Positions 177,999 through 190,120 of a stretch of 248,000 nt of DNA are shown piece after piece. Location: the NCBI RefSeq assembly GCF_000737315.1, contig NZ_JMCB01000008.1, forward strand, positions 20,001 to 268,000. The letters are read 5' to 3'. The position numbers and the translations under genes are program-made. A model generated the notes under the pieces. That model saw only the letters and a program-made list of their open reading frames with translations. It was not told the DNA's origin and searched no databases. This DNA comes from Hyalangium minutum (GTDB taxonomy: Bacteria > Myxococcota > Myxococcia > Myxococcales > Myxococcaceae). The first letter of the stretch is position 1. Every line of letters begins with the position of its first letter.

Positions 177999-179300
177999 AT
178001 GCACTTCGATGCTCCTGACGTAGGCTCAACCGTTGGCCCCTGGCTCCTCCAGGAGCATGTGGACTCGGGAAGCTTCGGCATCGTCTACCTTGCCCGGCGT
178101 GCAGAGCAGCCGGACTCTCCGCGCACCCATCGCGAGTTGCTCCAGGTGCTCGCCCAGCTGGCAGGGGCCCTGGCCACTGCTCACGCACGCGGGGCCCTCC
178201 ACCGCGATGTGAAGGGCGAAAACATCCGCGTGCGCACCGATGGCCGGGCAGTGCTCTTGGACTGGGGCTCTGGGTGGTTCGAAGGAGCGTCCCCCCTCAC
178301 GGACAGCCCCGCCCCCCCTGGCACCACCGCGTACCGGCCTCCCGAGCAGCGCGCCTTCCAGTGGCAGTTTCGCAAGGACATGGAGGCCCGCTGGCACTCG
178401 ACCGCTACCGATGACCTCTACTCCTTAGGAGTCACCCTCTACCGCCTCGTCACGGGCAAGTACCTGCCACCCTGTACGGACGGCGGGGAGCCCGTAGCGC
178501 GCAAAGTGCCGCCGCCCTCGACCCTGGCCACCGTGTCCCCTGAGCTGGAAACGATCATCCTCCGGCTTATCTCCGACGACCGGAAGGTGCGGGGCACGGC
178601 AGAGCAACTGGCCCGAGAGTCCGCAATGATCGTAGAGACGGGCGGGCCTGCCTTGGACCTGGCGATTCGTCCAACGTCCAGCGCCCTCGTGACGGAGGAG
178701 GGAGAACCGCCCCAGCCCTCATCGGGAGGTCTGGACGACGACGGCCTCGAAGAGGACGAACGGCCCTCCGACTCGGTGCCCGCCAAACAGAAGAACCGTG
178801 CCGAAGTGGCGCCCTCCATGCGGGATCGCGTTCGCCAACACCATGAGCTGGCCGTGCCCGCTTGGCTTACCTGGACGGGCGCTTCCGCCATGGGAGGGCT
178901 CATCACTGCCCTTATGATGTTGTGGGTGCGGCCTGGGGTTCCAGAGCCCGCGCCCAAGCCCCTTCCCAACCCCACTCCCTGGCTCGCCACTCCCGAGGAA
179001 GTGGCTCCGTTCGCCCCGGATGCAGGCGTCGGAGAGGCGGCCCTGTCGAGCGTCGAGAATATGAACCCGCGCGTGGGAGACTTCGTTGTCTCCCTAGGTC
179101 GTTCCATGCCCTCTAAGCCGTTCCCTTTGCAACGGCGCCCACCTTGTAACCGTGGAGAGAAAGAGATCAACGGAGGGTGCTGGATCGGACCGATTGATGC
179201 AGAGAAGCCCCCGTGCGGCGACCAAATGTTCGACTACGAGGGCAGGTGTTACTTCGCGTCCTTTGGCGAAAACCGACAACCCACCTCTGGAGAGCCCTAA
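177999..179300 (+). pseudogene. Ser/Thr kinase with internal deletion
   Basis: Gly loop then jumps to subdomain VIa; ALK/Lys and alpha-C missing; HRDVK present. Confidence 0.6.
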
Positions 179301-179323
179301 TCAAGGCCGTGCGCGCGAAGCGC

Positions 179324-180727
179324 TCACGCCGTCCCGCGCCCTGAAGGCGAAGGCCCTGCCCCCTGAGGCGCCGCCGCACTGCCATCCGCAGGAACTGCCG
179401 CAGCCGCCTTGGCCGCCGCCTGGGGCTCCACCGTCACCCGCACCACGCGCGGCCCTTCCACCTCGTCCACGACGATGCGCCACATGTCCAGCTTCAGGCT
179501 GTCGCCCTTCTCCGGCACCTTGCCCAGCTTCGTCATCAGGTAGCCCGCAATCGTCGTCACCTCGCCCTGCTCGTCCTCCTTCAGGTCGAAGTTGACGTCC
179601 AGCCGCTCCTCCAAATCGTCCAGCTGCGCCGTGCCCGGCAACTCGAAGCGGCCACCCGGCAGCGAGCGCACCTCGTCCATCCGCCGCCCCAGCTCCGCCA
179701 CGTCCCCCACCACCTCCGCCACCACGTCCGCGATGCTCACCAGCCCCGACGTGCCGCCGTGCTCGTCCACCACCAGCGCCGTCTGCCGGCGCCGCCGCCG
179801 GAACTCCGCCAGCAGCTGCTCCAGCGTCACGTTCTCCGGGATGAACAGCACCGGCCGCTGCACCTGCGACAGGGCCCTCAGCTCCCCCCTCGACAGCAGG
179901 AAGAACAGGTCCTTCGCATTCACCACGCCCTCCACCTCGTCCAGGCTCCCGCGGCACACCGGCAGCCACGTGTGCCCCGCCGCCCGCGCGTCCGCGATGC
180001 ACTTCTCCAGCGGCTCCTCCACGTCCAGGTACTTCACCTGGTTCCGAGGCACCATCACCTGCCGCGCCGTCTTCTGCGCCATCTCCAGCGCCCGCTCGAG
180101 CAGCTCCGCTCGCGCCGTGGTGATCGACCCCGCCTCCGCCGAGCTGTTCAGGATGACTTTCAGCTCGTCCTCGCTGTGCGCCTCGTGCGTCTCGCTCGCC
180201 GACTCCAGACCGAACAGCCGCAGCAATCGCCCCGCAATCCCGTTCAGCAGCCAGATCGCCGGGTAGAACAGGAAGTAGAAGGCCCGCATCGGCAGCGCCA
180301 CCGCCAGCGTCGTGGCCTCTGCCCGCTGGATCGCCAAGCTCTTGGGCGCCAGCTCTCCCACGATGATGTGCAGGAACGTGATGATCACGAACGCGACCGC
180401 CACCGCCGCGCTGTGCCCCACCGTGGCCACCGCCTCCGCTGGGACAATCCGCGCGATCACCGGCTCCAGCAGGTGCGCGAACGCGGGCTCACCCAGCCAG
180501 CCCAGCCCCAGCGACGCCAAGGTAATGCCGAACTGCGTGGCGGAGAGGTAGGCATCCAGCTTCTCCACCATCTTCAGCGCGTTGCCCGCCCCGGGCTTGC
180601 CCTCGTCCACCATCGCCTGCAGGCGCGTGCCGCGGATCTTCACGATGGCGAACTCCGTCGCCACGAAGAAGCCGTTTGCGAACACCAACAGAATCGCCAG
180701 TCCTAGGAAGATCCACTCGCTCGCCAT
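179324..180727 (-). CDS. Hemolysin/CNNM protein
   Basis: GELAPK, CBS pair, DEHGG. Confidence 0.88.
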   Translation of the reverse strand: MASEWIFLGLAILLVFANGFFVATEFAIVKIRGTRLQAMVDEGKPGAGNALKMVEKLDAYLSATQFGITLASLGLGWLGEPAFAHLLEPVIARIVPAEAVATVGHSAAVAVAFVIITFLHIIVGELAPKSLAIQRAEATTLAVALPMRAFYFLFYPAIWLLNGIAGRLLRLFGLESASETHEAHSEDELKVILNSSAEAGSITTARAELLERALEMAQKTARQVMVPRNQVKYLDVEEPLEKCIADARAAGHTWLPVCRGSLDEVEGVVNAKDLFFLLSRGELRALSQVQRPVLFIPENVTLEQLLAEFRRRRRQTALVVDEHGGTSGLVSIADVVAEVVGDVAELGRRMDEVRSLPGGRFELPGTAQLDDLEERLDVNFDLKEDEQGEVTTIAGYLMTKLGKVPEKGDSLKLDMWRIVVDEVEGPRVVRVTVEPQAAAKAAAAVPADGSAAAPQGAGPSPSGRGTA

Positions 180728-180731
180728 GGCG

Positions 180732-181547
180732 TTAGAACAACGCCTCGAACTCGGGATCGCCCTTGAGAGAGTCGAACATGGGGTCCGTCGACAGCCACCC
180801 CATCACCTTCCCCTTGTCCGCCGCCAACGCCTTCTGCAGGAACGACACCGCGTCCTTGGGCCGCCCCCACAGCGCGTACAGCGCCGCCAGGTTGTAGTTC
180901 AGCAGCAGATCCTCGCCGTTCAGCGTCCGCGCCTTCTCGTACGCCCGCTCGGCCTCCGCGTAGAAGCCCTTCTGCGCGTAGCAGATGCCCAAGTCCAGAT
181001 GCGCCTCGAAGTTGTCCGCCTCCAGCCGCACCACCTCTTTGAGCTGGGTGATGGCCGAGCGGTAGTCCCCCTCGTCCATCTGCAGCGCGGCCAGCTCGTG
181101 CCGGGGGAACGCATCCTGCGAGTCCAGCTCGATGGCCGTCTGCAGCTCGCGCATCGCCTCCTCCACCCGGCCCTGGTCCGCGTACGTGAGCCCCAGGTTC
181201 AGGTGGGCGTCCGGGTACTCCGGATCCAGCTCGATGGCCTCCTTGTACTCCTCCACCGCCATCTCAGCCGCATGGGTGGAGAGGAAGCAGGCGAGGTTGT
181301 AGTGCGCCGTGGCGCTGTCCGGCTCCAGCTTGAGCGCCGTGAGGTACTCGCTCAGCGCCTCACGGAAGAGCTTCTTCTCCGCGTACACCGTCGCCAGGTT
181401 GTCGTGGGCGTGCGCCGAGGCGGGATCCAGATCGATCGCTTTCTTGAACTCCTTGATTGCCTCGTCCAGCCACCCGCGGTCCGCGAGCTCGATTCCCCGG
181501 GAGTTGTGCTCGTCGGAGAGTGCAATGTTGTCCTTTTCGCGGGCCAT
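180732..181547 (-). CDS. TPR protein
   Basis: Six or more TPR repeats. Confidence 0.85.
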   Translation of the reverse strand: MAREKDNIALSDEHNSRGIELADRGWLDEAIKEFKKAIDLDPASAHAHDNLATVYAEKKLFREALSEYLTALKLEPDSATAHYNLACFLSTHAAEMAVEEYKEAIELDPEYPDAHLNLGLTYADQGRVEEAMRELQTAIELDSQDAFPRHELAALQMDEGDYRSAITQLKEVVRLEADNFEAHLDLGICYAQKGFYAEAERAYEKARTLNGEDLLLNYNLAALYALWGRPKDAVSFLQKALAADKGKVMGWLSTDPMFDSLKGDPEFEALF

Positions 181548-181609
181548 GAATCGCCGGGCAATCTACGCGCCGCCAATCGAAGGGCGCAAGGTAGAGTTTC
181601 CCTCCACTT

Positions 181610-182851
181610 ATGCGCCACTTCGCCCTGTTGCTGCTGCTGGCCACCGCGTGCACCCTCCGTCCGCTCCCGGACGCGCCTCCGGGCTCCCCGGGCAACCCGC
181701 CGGGCCGCGATCCCACCGCGCCGCCGCAGGACCCCGGCCCCTGGGCCCCCGAGCCTCAGAAACCGGGCACGCTAAACGTTCCAAACCCGACAGCCCCGGC
181801 TCAGCCCGCGGCCACCCTGGCCCCCCGTCCCGTCACCCTGCTGGTGGGCGGAGATGTGACGGTGGGCCACCACTACCAGACGTACTTCGACGAGCAGGTG
181901 GGCAAGGGCCGTACGCGCGAGGAGATGTTCGCCTACGGCTTCAAGGAGGTGAAGGCGGTGGCGGACACGGCGGACCTGTTCCTCGTGAACCTCGAGTGCC
182001 CCTTCACCGAGAGCTCCGACAAGCTGCCCAAGAACTTCAACTTCCGCGCCCGGCCCGAGTTCGTGAACACCCTGCTGGCGGGAGGCGTGGACGTGGTGAG
182101 CCTCGCCAACAACCACATGATGGACTACGGCCCCCAGGGGCTCGTGGACACGCTGATGACGCTGGAGCAGGCGAAGATTCCCCACTTCGGCGCCGGCCGC
182201 ACCCTGGCCGAGGCCCGCCGCCCTGCCCTCGTCACCGTGGGCGGTGTGCGCTTCGCCTTCCTGGGCTACTTCTTCCTCGGCGACCGCAACATCGAGCCCG
182301 CCCAGGTGTACGCCACCGAGACGACGCCCGGCGTGGCCGGCCACTACTCGGACGTGGCGGTGCTGGAGCGGATGCTCCGGGAGGACATCCTCGCGGCCAA
182401 GGCCCAGGCGGACGTGGTGCTCCCCTTCTTCCACTGGGGCGTCGAGAGCACCTACAACCCCCTGCCCTACCAGCTCCAGTTGGCGCGCGCGGCCATCGAG
182501 GCGGGCGCGGCAGGAGTGCTCGGCAGCCACCCGCACGTGCTCCAGGCCATGGAGCTGCACCAGGGCGCTCCGGCCATCTACTCGCTGGGGAACTTCGTGT
182601 TCGGGGGCAACTGGAACCCCAAGGACAAGCGCAGCGCGCTCCTCAAGGCCCGCTTCTCCCCGGGCGGCTACCTGTCGAGCGAGCTCATCCCGCTGCGCAC
182701 GGACCGGTACCCGGAGTTCCCCATGCAGCCCAGCGTCGTCTCCGGCCCTGAGGCCGCCGAGGTGCTCAAGCTGCTGGCTTCCAGCTCCGCGAAATTGCCC
182801 CGCATGCTGCCTGAGCTGGAGCCCTACCGCCCGGCCAGCGCCTCCCCCTAG
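181610..182851 (+). CDS. CapA/PgsA family lipoprotein
   Basis: GDV, NLE, ANNHMMD, HWG, GSHPH, YSLGNF. Confidence 0.88.
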   Translation: MRHFALLLLLATACTLRPLPDAPPGSPGNPPGRDPTAPPQDPGPWAPEPQKPGTLNVPNPTAPAQPAATLAPRPVTLLVGGDVTVGHHYQTYFDEQVGKGRTREEMFAYGFKEVKAVADTADLFLVNLECPFTESSDKLPKNFNFRARPEFVNTLLAGGVDVVSLANNHMMDYGPQGLVDTLMTLEQAKIPHFGAGRTLAEARRPALVTVGGVRFAFLGYFFLGDRNIEPAQVYATETTPGVAGHYSDVAVLERMLREDILAAKAQADVVLPFFHWGVESTYNPLPYQLQLARAAIEAGAAGVLGSHPHVLQAMELHQGAPAIYSLGNFVFGGNWNPKDKRSALLKARFSPGGYLSSELIPLRTDRYPEFPMQPSVVSGPEAAEVLKLLASSSAKLPRMLPELEPYRPASASP

Positions 182852-182883
182852 CTACGGGGGGAGGGCTCGGGCGCGAGCGGGTG

Positions 182884-183012
182884 TTACTTGTGGCGGGCCT
182901 TGTTGCTCTGGCCGCGCACCGCGCGCTTCCGGCGGCGCTTCAGGACGGACTTCTTCGTCTTCGCGCGGTTGGACAGCTTCTTCTTGCTGCGATTTCCCTT
183001 CTGGGCGGGCAT
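182884..183012 (-). CDS. 42-aa highly basic protein
   Basis: MPAQKGNRSKKKLSNRAKTKKSVLKRRRKRAVRGQSNKARHK; divergent from prfA. Confidence 0.6.
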   Translation of the reverse strand: MPAQKGNRSKKKLSNRAKTKKSVLKRRRKRAVRGQSNKARHK

Positions 183013-183162
183013 GTTCTGGCACTCCAGTGCAGTTGTTGAGCCGCAGTGTAGCGGCAACGGGCGCCCTTCTTTCACGCCCCTGGCCAGCCTTCCAAGGAAT
183101 TTCTTGAGGCCTTCCACCCTTGCCAGCGGGCAGGCAACGGGGCAATACCCCGGGTAACAACG

Positions 183163-184262
<1,100 letters not shown>

Positions 184263-184266
<4 letters not shown>

Positions 184267-185144
184267 GCAGCGACACCTGGACCATCCGCAAGGTCCTCAC
184301 CTGGACGACCCAGCACTTCGAGAAGCGCCAGGTGGACGCGCCGCGGCTCACCGCCGATGTGCTGCTGTCCCACGTGCTGAAGGTGAGCCGGGTGCGCCTC
184401 TACGTGGACCTGGATCGGCCGCTCTCCAAGGAGGAGCTGGCCTCCTTCCGCGCCCTCATCGAGCGCCGCATCTCCGGCGAGCCCACCCAGTACCTGACCG
184501 GTGTGAAGGAGTTCTACAACCGCCCGTTCAAGGTGGATCAGCGGGTGCTCATCCCCCGCCCCGAGACGGAGCTGCTGGTGGAGGCCAGCTTGCACGCGCT
184601 GCCCAAGGACACGCCCAGCCGCGCCCTGGATGTGTGCACGGGCTCCGGCTGCATCGCCGTCAGCCTGGCCGCCGAGCGCCCCCAGGCCTCGGTCCTGGCC
184701 ACGGACCTGTCGCCCGAGGCCTGCGCCCTGGCCCGGGAGAACGCCGAGGCCCTCGGTGTGGGCGCCCGCGTCACCATCGTCCAGGGGGACCTGTTCACCC
184801 CCGTGCCGCCGGACGCGCGCTTCCACCTCGTCGTCTCCAATCCGCCGTACATCGAGACGGGGGAAATCCCCAGTCTGTCGGCGGAGGTGCGCCGGGAGCC
184901 TCACCTGGCCCTGGACGGCGGGAAGGATGGGCTCGACGCCCTGCGCCGCGTCATCCGGGAGGCCCGCCGCTTCCTGCGGCCTGGCGGCCTCCTTGCAATG
185001 GAGATTGGAGAAACCCAGGGGAACGCCGTCCGGGAGCTCCTCCAAGCCGCGGGGTACGAGAACGCGCGGGTGGAGAAGGACCTGGAGCGGCGGGACCGCT
185101 TGGCTTTTGGGACACAACCTGCGGCCACCGGGCCACAGGCGTGA
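184263..185144 (+). CDS. prmC: Release factor glutamine methyltransferase
   Basis: IPRPETE, NPPY. Confidence 0.96.
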
Positions 185145-185154
185145 GACAGGACCG

Positions 185155-186423
185155 ATGGACAAGATCGTCGTGAAGGGTGGCCCCGCGCTGCACGGGGAGG
185201 TGAAGGTCTCGGGAGCGAAGAATGCCGCGCTCCCCATCCTCGCCTCCTCGCTGCTGGCCGACGGGACAAGCGTCTACCGCAACGTGCCGGACCTGGTGGA
185301 TGTGTCCACCATGCTCAAGGTGCTCAACACCATGGGCTGCGAGGCCGAGCGCCTCACCGGCCGCCAGAAGAACGTCTGCCAGGTCGCCGTGGGTGGCAAC
185401 ACCATCACCCCCGAGGCCCCGTACGACTTGGTGAAGACCATGAGGGCCTCCGTGCTGGTACTCGGGCCGCTGGTGGCCCGCTACGGCCGCGCCCGCGTCT
185501 CCATGCCCGGTGGCTGCGCTATTGGCGCTCGGCCCATCGATCAGCACCTCAAGGGGCTCAAGGCCCTGGGCGCCGACATCACCCTCACCGAGGGCTATGT
185601 GGAGGCCCGCGCCAAGCACCTCAAGGGCGGCACGGTCAACTTTGACGTCATCACCGTCACCGGCACGGAGAACGTGATGATGGCGGCGGTGCTGGCCAAG
185701 GGCCACACCGTCCTGGAGAACTGCGCCCGCGAGCCCGAGGTGGAGGAGCTGGCCAAGGTCCTCAACAAGATGGGCGCCCGGATTGAGGGCGCCGGCACCT
185801 CCGTCATCACCATCGACGGGGTGGACTCCCTGCACCCAGTGGAGCACAGCATCCTCCCGGACCGCATCGAGGCAGGGACCCTGCTGGTGGCCGCAGCCAT
185901 CAGCGGCGGAGACGTGCTGGTGAAGCACGCCGTGCCCGAGCACCTGGAGCCCGTCATCCAGAAGCTGCGCGAGGCCGGCTGCACCCTCACCACCGAGAAC
186001 GGCGGCATCCGCTGCAAGGCCCCCAAAACCATCCACCCGGTGGACGTCACGACGACGGAACACCCGGGATTTCCAACGGATATGCAGGCTCAGCTGATGG
186101 TGCTGATGTGCGTGGCCAACGGCACCTCGGTCATCTCGGAGAACATCTTCGAGAACCGCTTCATGCATGTGGCGGAGCTGCATCGCATGGGCGCCGACAT
186201 CACCATCCAAGGCCCCACGGCCGTGGTGAAGGGGGTCAAGAAGCTGTCCGGTGCGCCCGTCATGGCCACGGACTTGCGGGCCAGCGCCTCGCTGATCCTC
186301 GCCGGCCTGAGGGCCGAGGGCCGCACGGACGTGGCCCGCGTCTACCACCTGGACCGGGGCTACGAGCGGCTCGAGCGCAAGCTGCGGGGCCTGGGAGCGG
186401 ACATCCGCAGGGTCAAGGCCTGA
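185155..186423 (+). CDS. murA: UDP-GlcNAc enolpyruvyl transferase
   Basis: [15 protein letters not shown]. Confidence 0.97.
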   Translation: MDKIVVKGGPALHGEVKVSGAKNAALPILASSLLADGTSVYRNVPDLVDVSTMLKVLNTMGCEAERLTGRQKNVCQVAVGGNTITPEAPYDLVKTMRASVLVLGPLVARYGRARVSMPGGCAIGARPIDQHLKGLKALGADITLTEGYVEARAKHLKGGTVNFDVITVTGTENVMMAAVLAKGHTVLENCAREPEVEELAKVLNKMGARIEGAGTSVITIDGVDSLHPVEHSILPDRIEAGTLLVAAAISGGDVLVKHAVPEHLEPVIQKLREAGCTLTTENGGIRCKAPKTIHPVDVTTTEHPGFPTDMQAQLMVLMCVANGTSVISENIFENRFMHVAELHRMGADITIQGPTAVVKGVKKLSGAPVMATDLRASASLILAGLRAEGRTDVARVYHLDRGYERLERKLRGLGADIRRVKA

Positions 186424-186548
186424 GGGCAGCGGGACGGTCCGTTGCCAACAGATCGCCCGACACCGGTTGCATCCGGAAATTTGGGCGCCCTATCATTCTC
186501 CGAACCACGGGGAGCAAGGCTCCCCCTACCAGGAGAACGAGCCGCCCC

Positions 186549-186938
186549 ATGAACTGTCCCGCATGCAACGTCGAGATGGCCGATCTCGAAGGGGACGACA
186601 TGACGTTGCGCAAGTGTGGAGAATGCGGCGGTCTCTGGATCGACGTGGCGGACCTCAACCGGGTCCTTCTCCACAGCAACCTCCCCGGGCTGGAGAGTCA
186701 GGGCGGCAAGGTGGATGCGGAGGCGCTCACCGGTCAGTGCCCCGAGTGTCAGGTGGATCTGGTCCGCGTCACCGGGGGTGATCGCCAGCACCCTCTCAGC
186801 TACGACACCTGCGAGTCCTGCGGCGGCATCTTCCTGGAGTCCGAGTTCCAGGACGCCACGGACGTGAAGGTCGCCGTGAAGGAGATCGTCGACTTCTTCA
186901 AGGCGTTCAGCGCGAAGAAGAAGTCGGCCGCCGTCTAG
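186549..186938 (+). CDS. Double Zn-ribbon (zf-TFIIB-like) protein
   Basis: Two CPxC...CxxCGG units. Confidence 0.75.
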   Translation: MNCPACNVEMADLEGDDMTLRKCGECGGLWIDVADLNRVLLHSNLPGLESQGGKVDAEALTGQCPECQVDLVRVTGGDRQHPLSYDTCESCGGIFLESEFQDATDVKVAVKEIVDFFKAFSAKKKSAAV

Positions 186939-186974
186939 GCCAGCAAGGCCCCCGAAGGGGCCCTCGTGCGCCGC

Positions 186975-187829
186975 TCAGCCACGGCTCCGGAAGGGCTGCT
187001 TCCACTCGTCCGGGAGCTCGCCGTCCAGGGTGAGCGTGTACTCGCCCGGCTGGCCCTCTGCCTCCTCGCGGGTGAAGCGGACGGACACCTTGCCCTTCTT
187101 CGGAATCTCCAGCGTCACCTTCGAGCTTGAGACCGAGTAGGTGCCCGTCAGCACGGTGGGCTCCTCGCCTCCCAGCGGCTCCAGGGTGAAGCGGTACGTC
187201 CCGTCCACATAGAAGGACAGGAAGCGATCCGGCGCACCCTGCAGGCCGCCGAACCACGTGCCCACCACCGGCGCCTGGCGCGCGTCGTACTTGAGCACCG
187301 GGGCCAGCTTCGTCCCGTTGAGCGCCTTGCCCTGGTAATAGAAGACGACGTCCGTGAGGCAGACGGGGATCTGCGACTCGGAGCCGGGGAACACGTCCTT
187401 CACCTCCAGCGTGAACCAGCCGCCGGTGACGGGCGGGTTGAGCGGCACCGTCTGCTGGCCCCGCTTGTCCTCCAGGGTGAAGTTGCGCGCGCTGTCCTTG
187501 CCCTCCAGGGAGATCTTCTTGGCCCGGGCGTAGCCCTTGAAGGACTCCCGATCCGTGCCGTTGCCCGTGTACACGCGCACCTCGTCCACGGTCGTCACGC
187601 CCTTGAAGCCGATGGTCAGCCGCGCGGGGGCTCCCTCTCCCTCGGGGGCGCACCACACGGTGGTGTCCCGCCCGTCGAGCACGTTCAACGGAGTGTATTT
187701 CCCGGGGTTGGAGTCCTTCTCCAGGTAGTCCCCCGACTGGGCATAGCCCACGGAGGGAGGGGGCGCGGCAAGCGCGCTCGGAGCGGTGGCGAGCATCAAC
187801 AAGGGCGGCAAGACGAGGTGGCTTCGCAT
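186975..187829 (-). CDS. Exported discoidin/glycan-binding-like protein
   Basis: LDG...T.WC motif; signal peptide. Confidence 0.6.
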   Translation of the reverse strand: MRSHLVLPPLLMLATAPSALAAPPPSVGYAQSGDYLEKDSNPGKYTPLNVLDGRDTTVWCAPEGEGAPARLTIGFKGVTTVDEVRVYTGNGTDRESFKGYARAKKISLEGKDSARNFTLEDKRGQQTVPLNPPVTGGWFTLEVKDVFPGSESQIPVCLTDVVFYYQGKALNGTKLAPVLKYDARQAPVVGTWFGGLQGAPDRFLSFYVDGTYRFTLEPLGGEEPTVLTGTYSVSSSKVTLEIPKKGKVSVRFTREEAEGQPGEYTLTLDGELPDEWKQPFRSRG

Positions 187830-187952
187830 GATCCCGCATCTTGGATCGCCCTCCGGGTGCCCCTCCAGTCCACGGACCGTCCGGATGAAAACCGGGGCTG
187901 CGGTGTTTGCGATGCTTGACACCCCGTCCCTACGGGGAAGAGTAGGCGGCCG

Positions 187953-189911
187953 ATGCGAGGGAACGCGATGCGACGTCTGGGCTGGATTCTGGTGTGTGCG
188001 GCGCTGGCTGGCTGCCCCAAGGGCAAGGACGAGGTGCCCGATGCGGGACCGGCGGATGCCGGCCCGGACGTTTTGAGCGAGAAAGAGCCCAACGAGCGGC
188101 CGGATCAAGCGCTGACGCTGACGCGAGACGCGGTGGTGAACGCGGCGCTCTCGGCGGATCCGGCCAAGGGCGACGAGGACTGGTACCGGCTGGCGCCCGC
188201 CTCCCCTCGCACGGCGGAGATCACCGTGTCCGGCATCCCCGGCGGGGACGTGACGATCGAGGTGTATGACCGGGACCGCAACCGGCTGGGCGGTGTGAAC
188301 AGCGAGGGCGAGGGCAAGCCGGAGCGCTACCCGAACCTCTACGTCGAGGGCGAGCGCTACGTGCGCGTGGCCCCCGCTCGCAAGGGCAGCGGCGGGGCGT
188401 ACACCCTGACACTCAGCTACCGGCGGCCCAATGACGGCGAGGAGCGCGAGCCCAATGACCGGGCCGTGGACTCGACGCCGCTGGCGCTCGGGCAGACGGT
188501 GGCGGCCTACATCGGCCACGCGGGAGATGAGGACTGGTACCGCATCGAGCTGCCGGCCCAGGAGGCAGCCACCCCGCCCGCCCCCACTGAGGGGACGCCG
188601 CCGGCTCCCACCCCTCCTCCCGCTCCCGCTCCCACCGAGGGGGCCACGCCCCCGGCCCCCCAAGGGACACCGGCCGCTCCTCTGGCCGAAGGGGAGACGC
188701 CTCCGGCTGCCGCTCCTACCGAGGGCTCCACGCCTCCTCCCGCCGAGGGAGCTGCCACGCCCCCGCCGTCGGGCACGGGCACGGAGATCCCCACCGGAAC
188801 GGCGACAGCGACACCTCCGCCTGCGGCGCCCCCTCCCCCGCCGCCCGCGGAGCCTCCAGGCGTAGCACTGAAGATCGAGCTGTCCTCCATCGAAGGAGTC
188901 CGTCCGGAGCTGGCGGTGCTGTCCGCCGCGGAGGCTCCGCTCTTCTCGCTGCGTGCCAGCAAGGAGGGCGAGGCGCTCACGCTGCGCAACATCGGCGTGC
189001 GGGCCACGGATCAGGTCGTCTACGTGGTGGTGAAGAGCGGCTGGGTGGGCTCGGGCAAGGAGGCCAAGCGGACCTACAACGCCACGACGCCGTACACCCT
189101 CTCCGTGTCGCTCGAGGAGGCGGGCTCCAACGCCGAGCTGGAGCCCAATGACGAGCTCTTCAAGGCGACGCCACTGCAGGGCTCGGGCTTCAAGGAGGGC
189201 TTCCTCTCGCCGAAGAACGACGTGGACTACTACGTGCTGCACACCACCGAGCCCATGCTGGCGAAGGTGGAGGTGTCCGGCGTGGAGCGGCTGGACTTGG
189301 TGCTGTCGGCGGTGGATGCGCCCACGGGCGACGGGCAGCAGGAGACGGTGACGCTGAAAGCCAACGACGGCACGCTGAAGGAGCCCGAGCGCCTCAACAA
189401 CGTCTCGTGCAACGGCACCTGCTACTTCAAGGTGGAGGGAGCCTCGCGCAAGGTCGACGGCAAGTGGGTGCGGGACTACGAGAACCCGGACCAGCCGTAC
189501 CGCATCACCATCACCGCGGTGCCGGACAACGGCAGCGAGGAGCGCGAGCCCAACAACACCGTGGACCGGGCCATGGAGATCACCACCGGCAAGTCGGTGC
189601 GCGGCACGGTGTACCCGCCGAAGGACGTGGACTACTACCGGTTGGACCTCACGGACCGGCCGGTGCGCACGCCCATCCAGGCCACGCTGCTGGGGATCCT
189701 CAAGGTGGACGTGGGCCTGTACCTCCACCGGGTGGGCGAGGACGGCAAGCTGACGCTCGTGCAGACGTCGGATCGCGCCAAGGGAGACCAGCCCGAGCGC
189801 ATCCGCTACAGCCTGGAGCCCGGCGTCTACATCTTCGAGGTCCGCGACGCGAAGAACCGCGAGTCCAACTTCCAGGACCCGTACCAACTCACCGTCTCCG
189901 AGGGAGAGTAA
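187953..189911 (+). CDS. Lipoprotein with PPC-like repeats
   Basis: LAGC; EPN..., D.DWY/YY repeats; Pro-rich linker. Confidence 0.7.
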   Translation: MRGNAMRRLGWILVCAALAGCPKGKDEVPDAGPADAGPDVLSEKEPNERPDQALTLTRDAVVNAALSADPAKGDEDWYRLAPASPRTAEITVSGIPGGDVTIEVYDRDRNRLGGVNSEGEGKPERYPNLYVEGERYVRVAPARKGSGGAYTLTLSYRRPNDGEEREPNDRAVDSTPLALGQTVAAYIGHAGDEDWYRIELPAQEAATPPAPTEGTPPAPTPPPAPAPTEGATPPAPQGTPAAPLAEGETPPAAAPTEGSTPPPAEGAATPPPSGTGTEIPTGTATATPPPAAPPPPPPAEPPGVALKIELSSIEGVRPELAVLSAAEAPLFSLRASKEGEALTLRNIGVRATDQVVYVVVKSGWVGSGKEAKRTYNATTPYTLSVSLEEAGSNAELEPNDELFKATPLQGSGFKEGFLSPKNDVDYYVLHTTEPMLAKVEVSGVERLDLVLSAVDAPTGDGQQETVTLKANDGTLKEPERLNNVSCNGTCYFKVEGASRKVDGKWVRDYENPDQPYRITITAVPDNGSEEREPNNTVDRAMEITTGKSVRGTVYPPKDVDYYRLDLTDRPVRTPIQATLLGILKVDVGLYLHRVGEDGKLTLVQTSDRAKGDQPERIRYSLEPGVYIFEVRDAKNRESNFQDPYQLTVSEGE

Positions 189912-189985
189912 CCGAGCGGACGGAGCCGTCACTTCTCATTGACAAGCCCCAGCCGGGCTCCTACCTTGCGAACGCTTCTCGGTAC

Positions 189986-190058
189986 GCGGTGGTAGCTCAG
190001 TTGGTAGAGCACGAGCTTCCCAAGCTCGGGGTCGCGGGTTCGAATCCCGTCCGCCGCT
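189986..190058 (+). tRNA. tRNA-Gly(CCC)
   Basis: CGAGC-TTCCCAA-GCTCG arm, GGTTCGAATCC. Confidence 0.96.
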
Positions 190059-190120
190059 CACTCGTAAAGGCCGGTAGTTCCTGAGGAAACTCGGAGCTGC
190101 CGGCCTTCGTGTTTCCAGGG

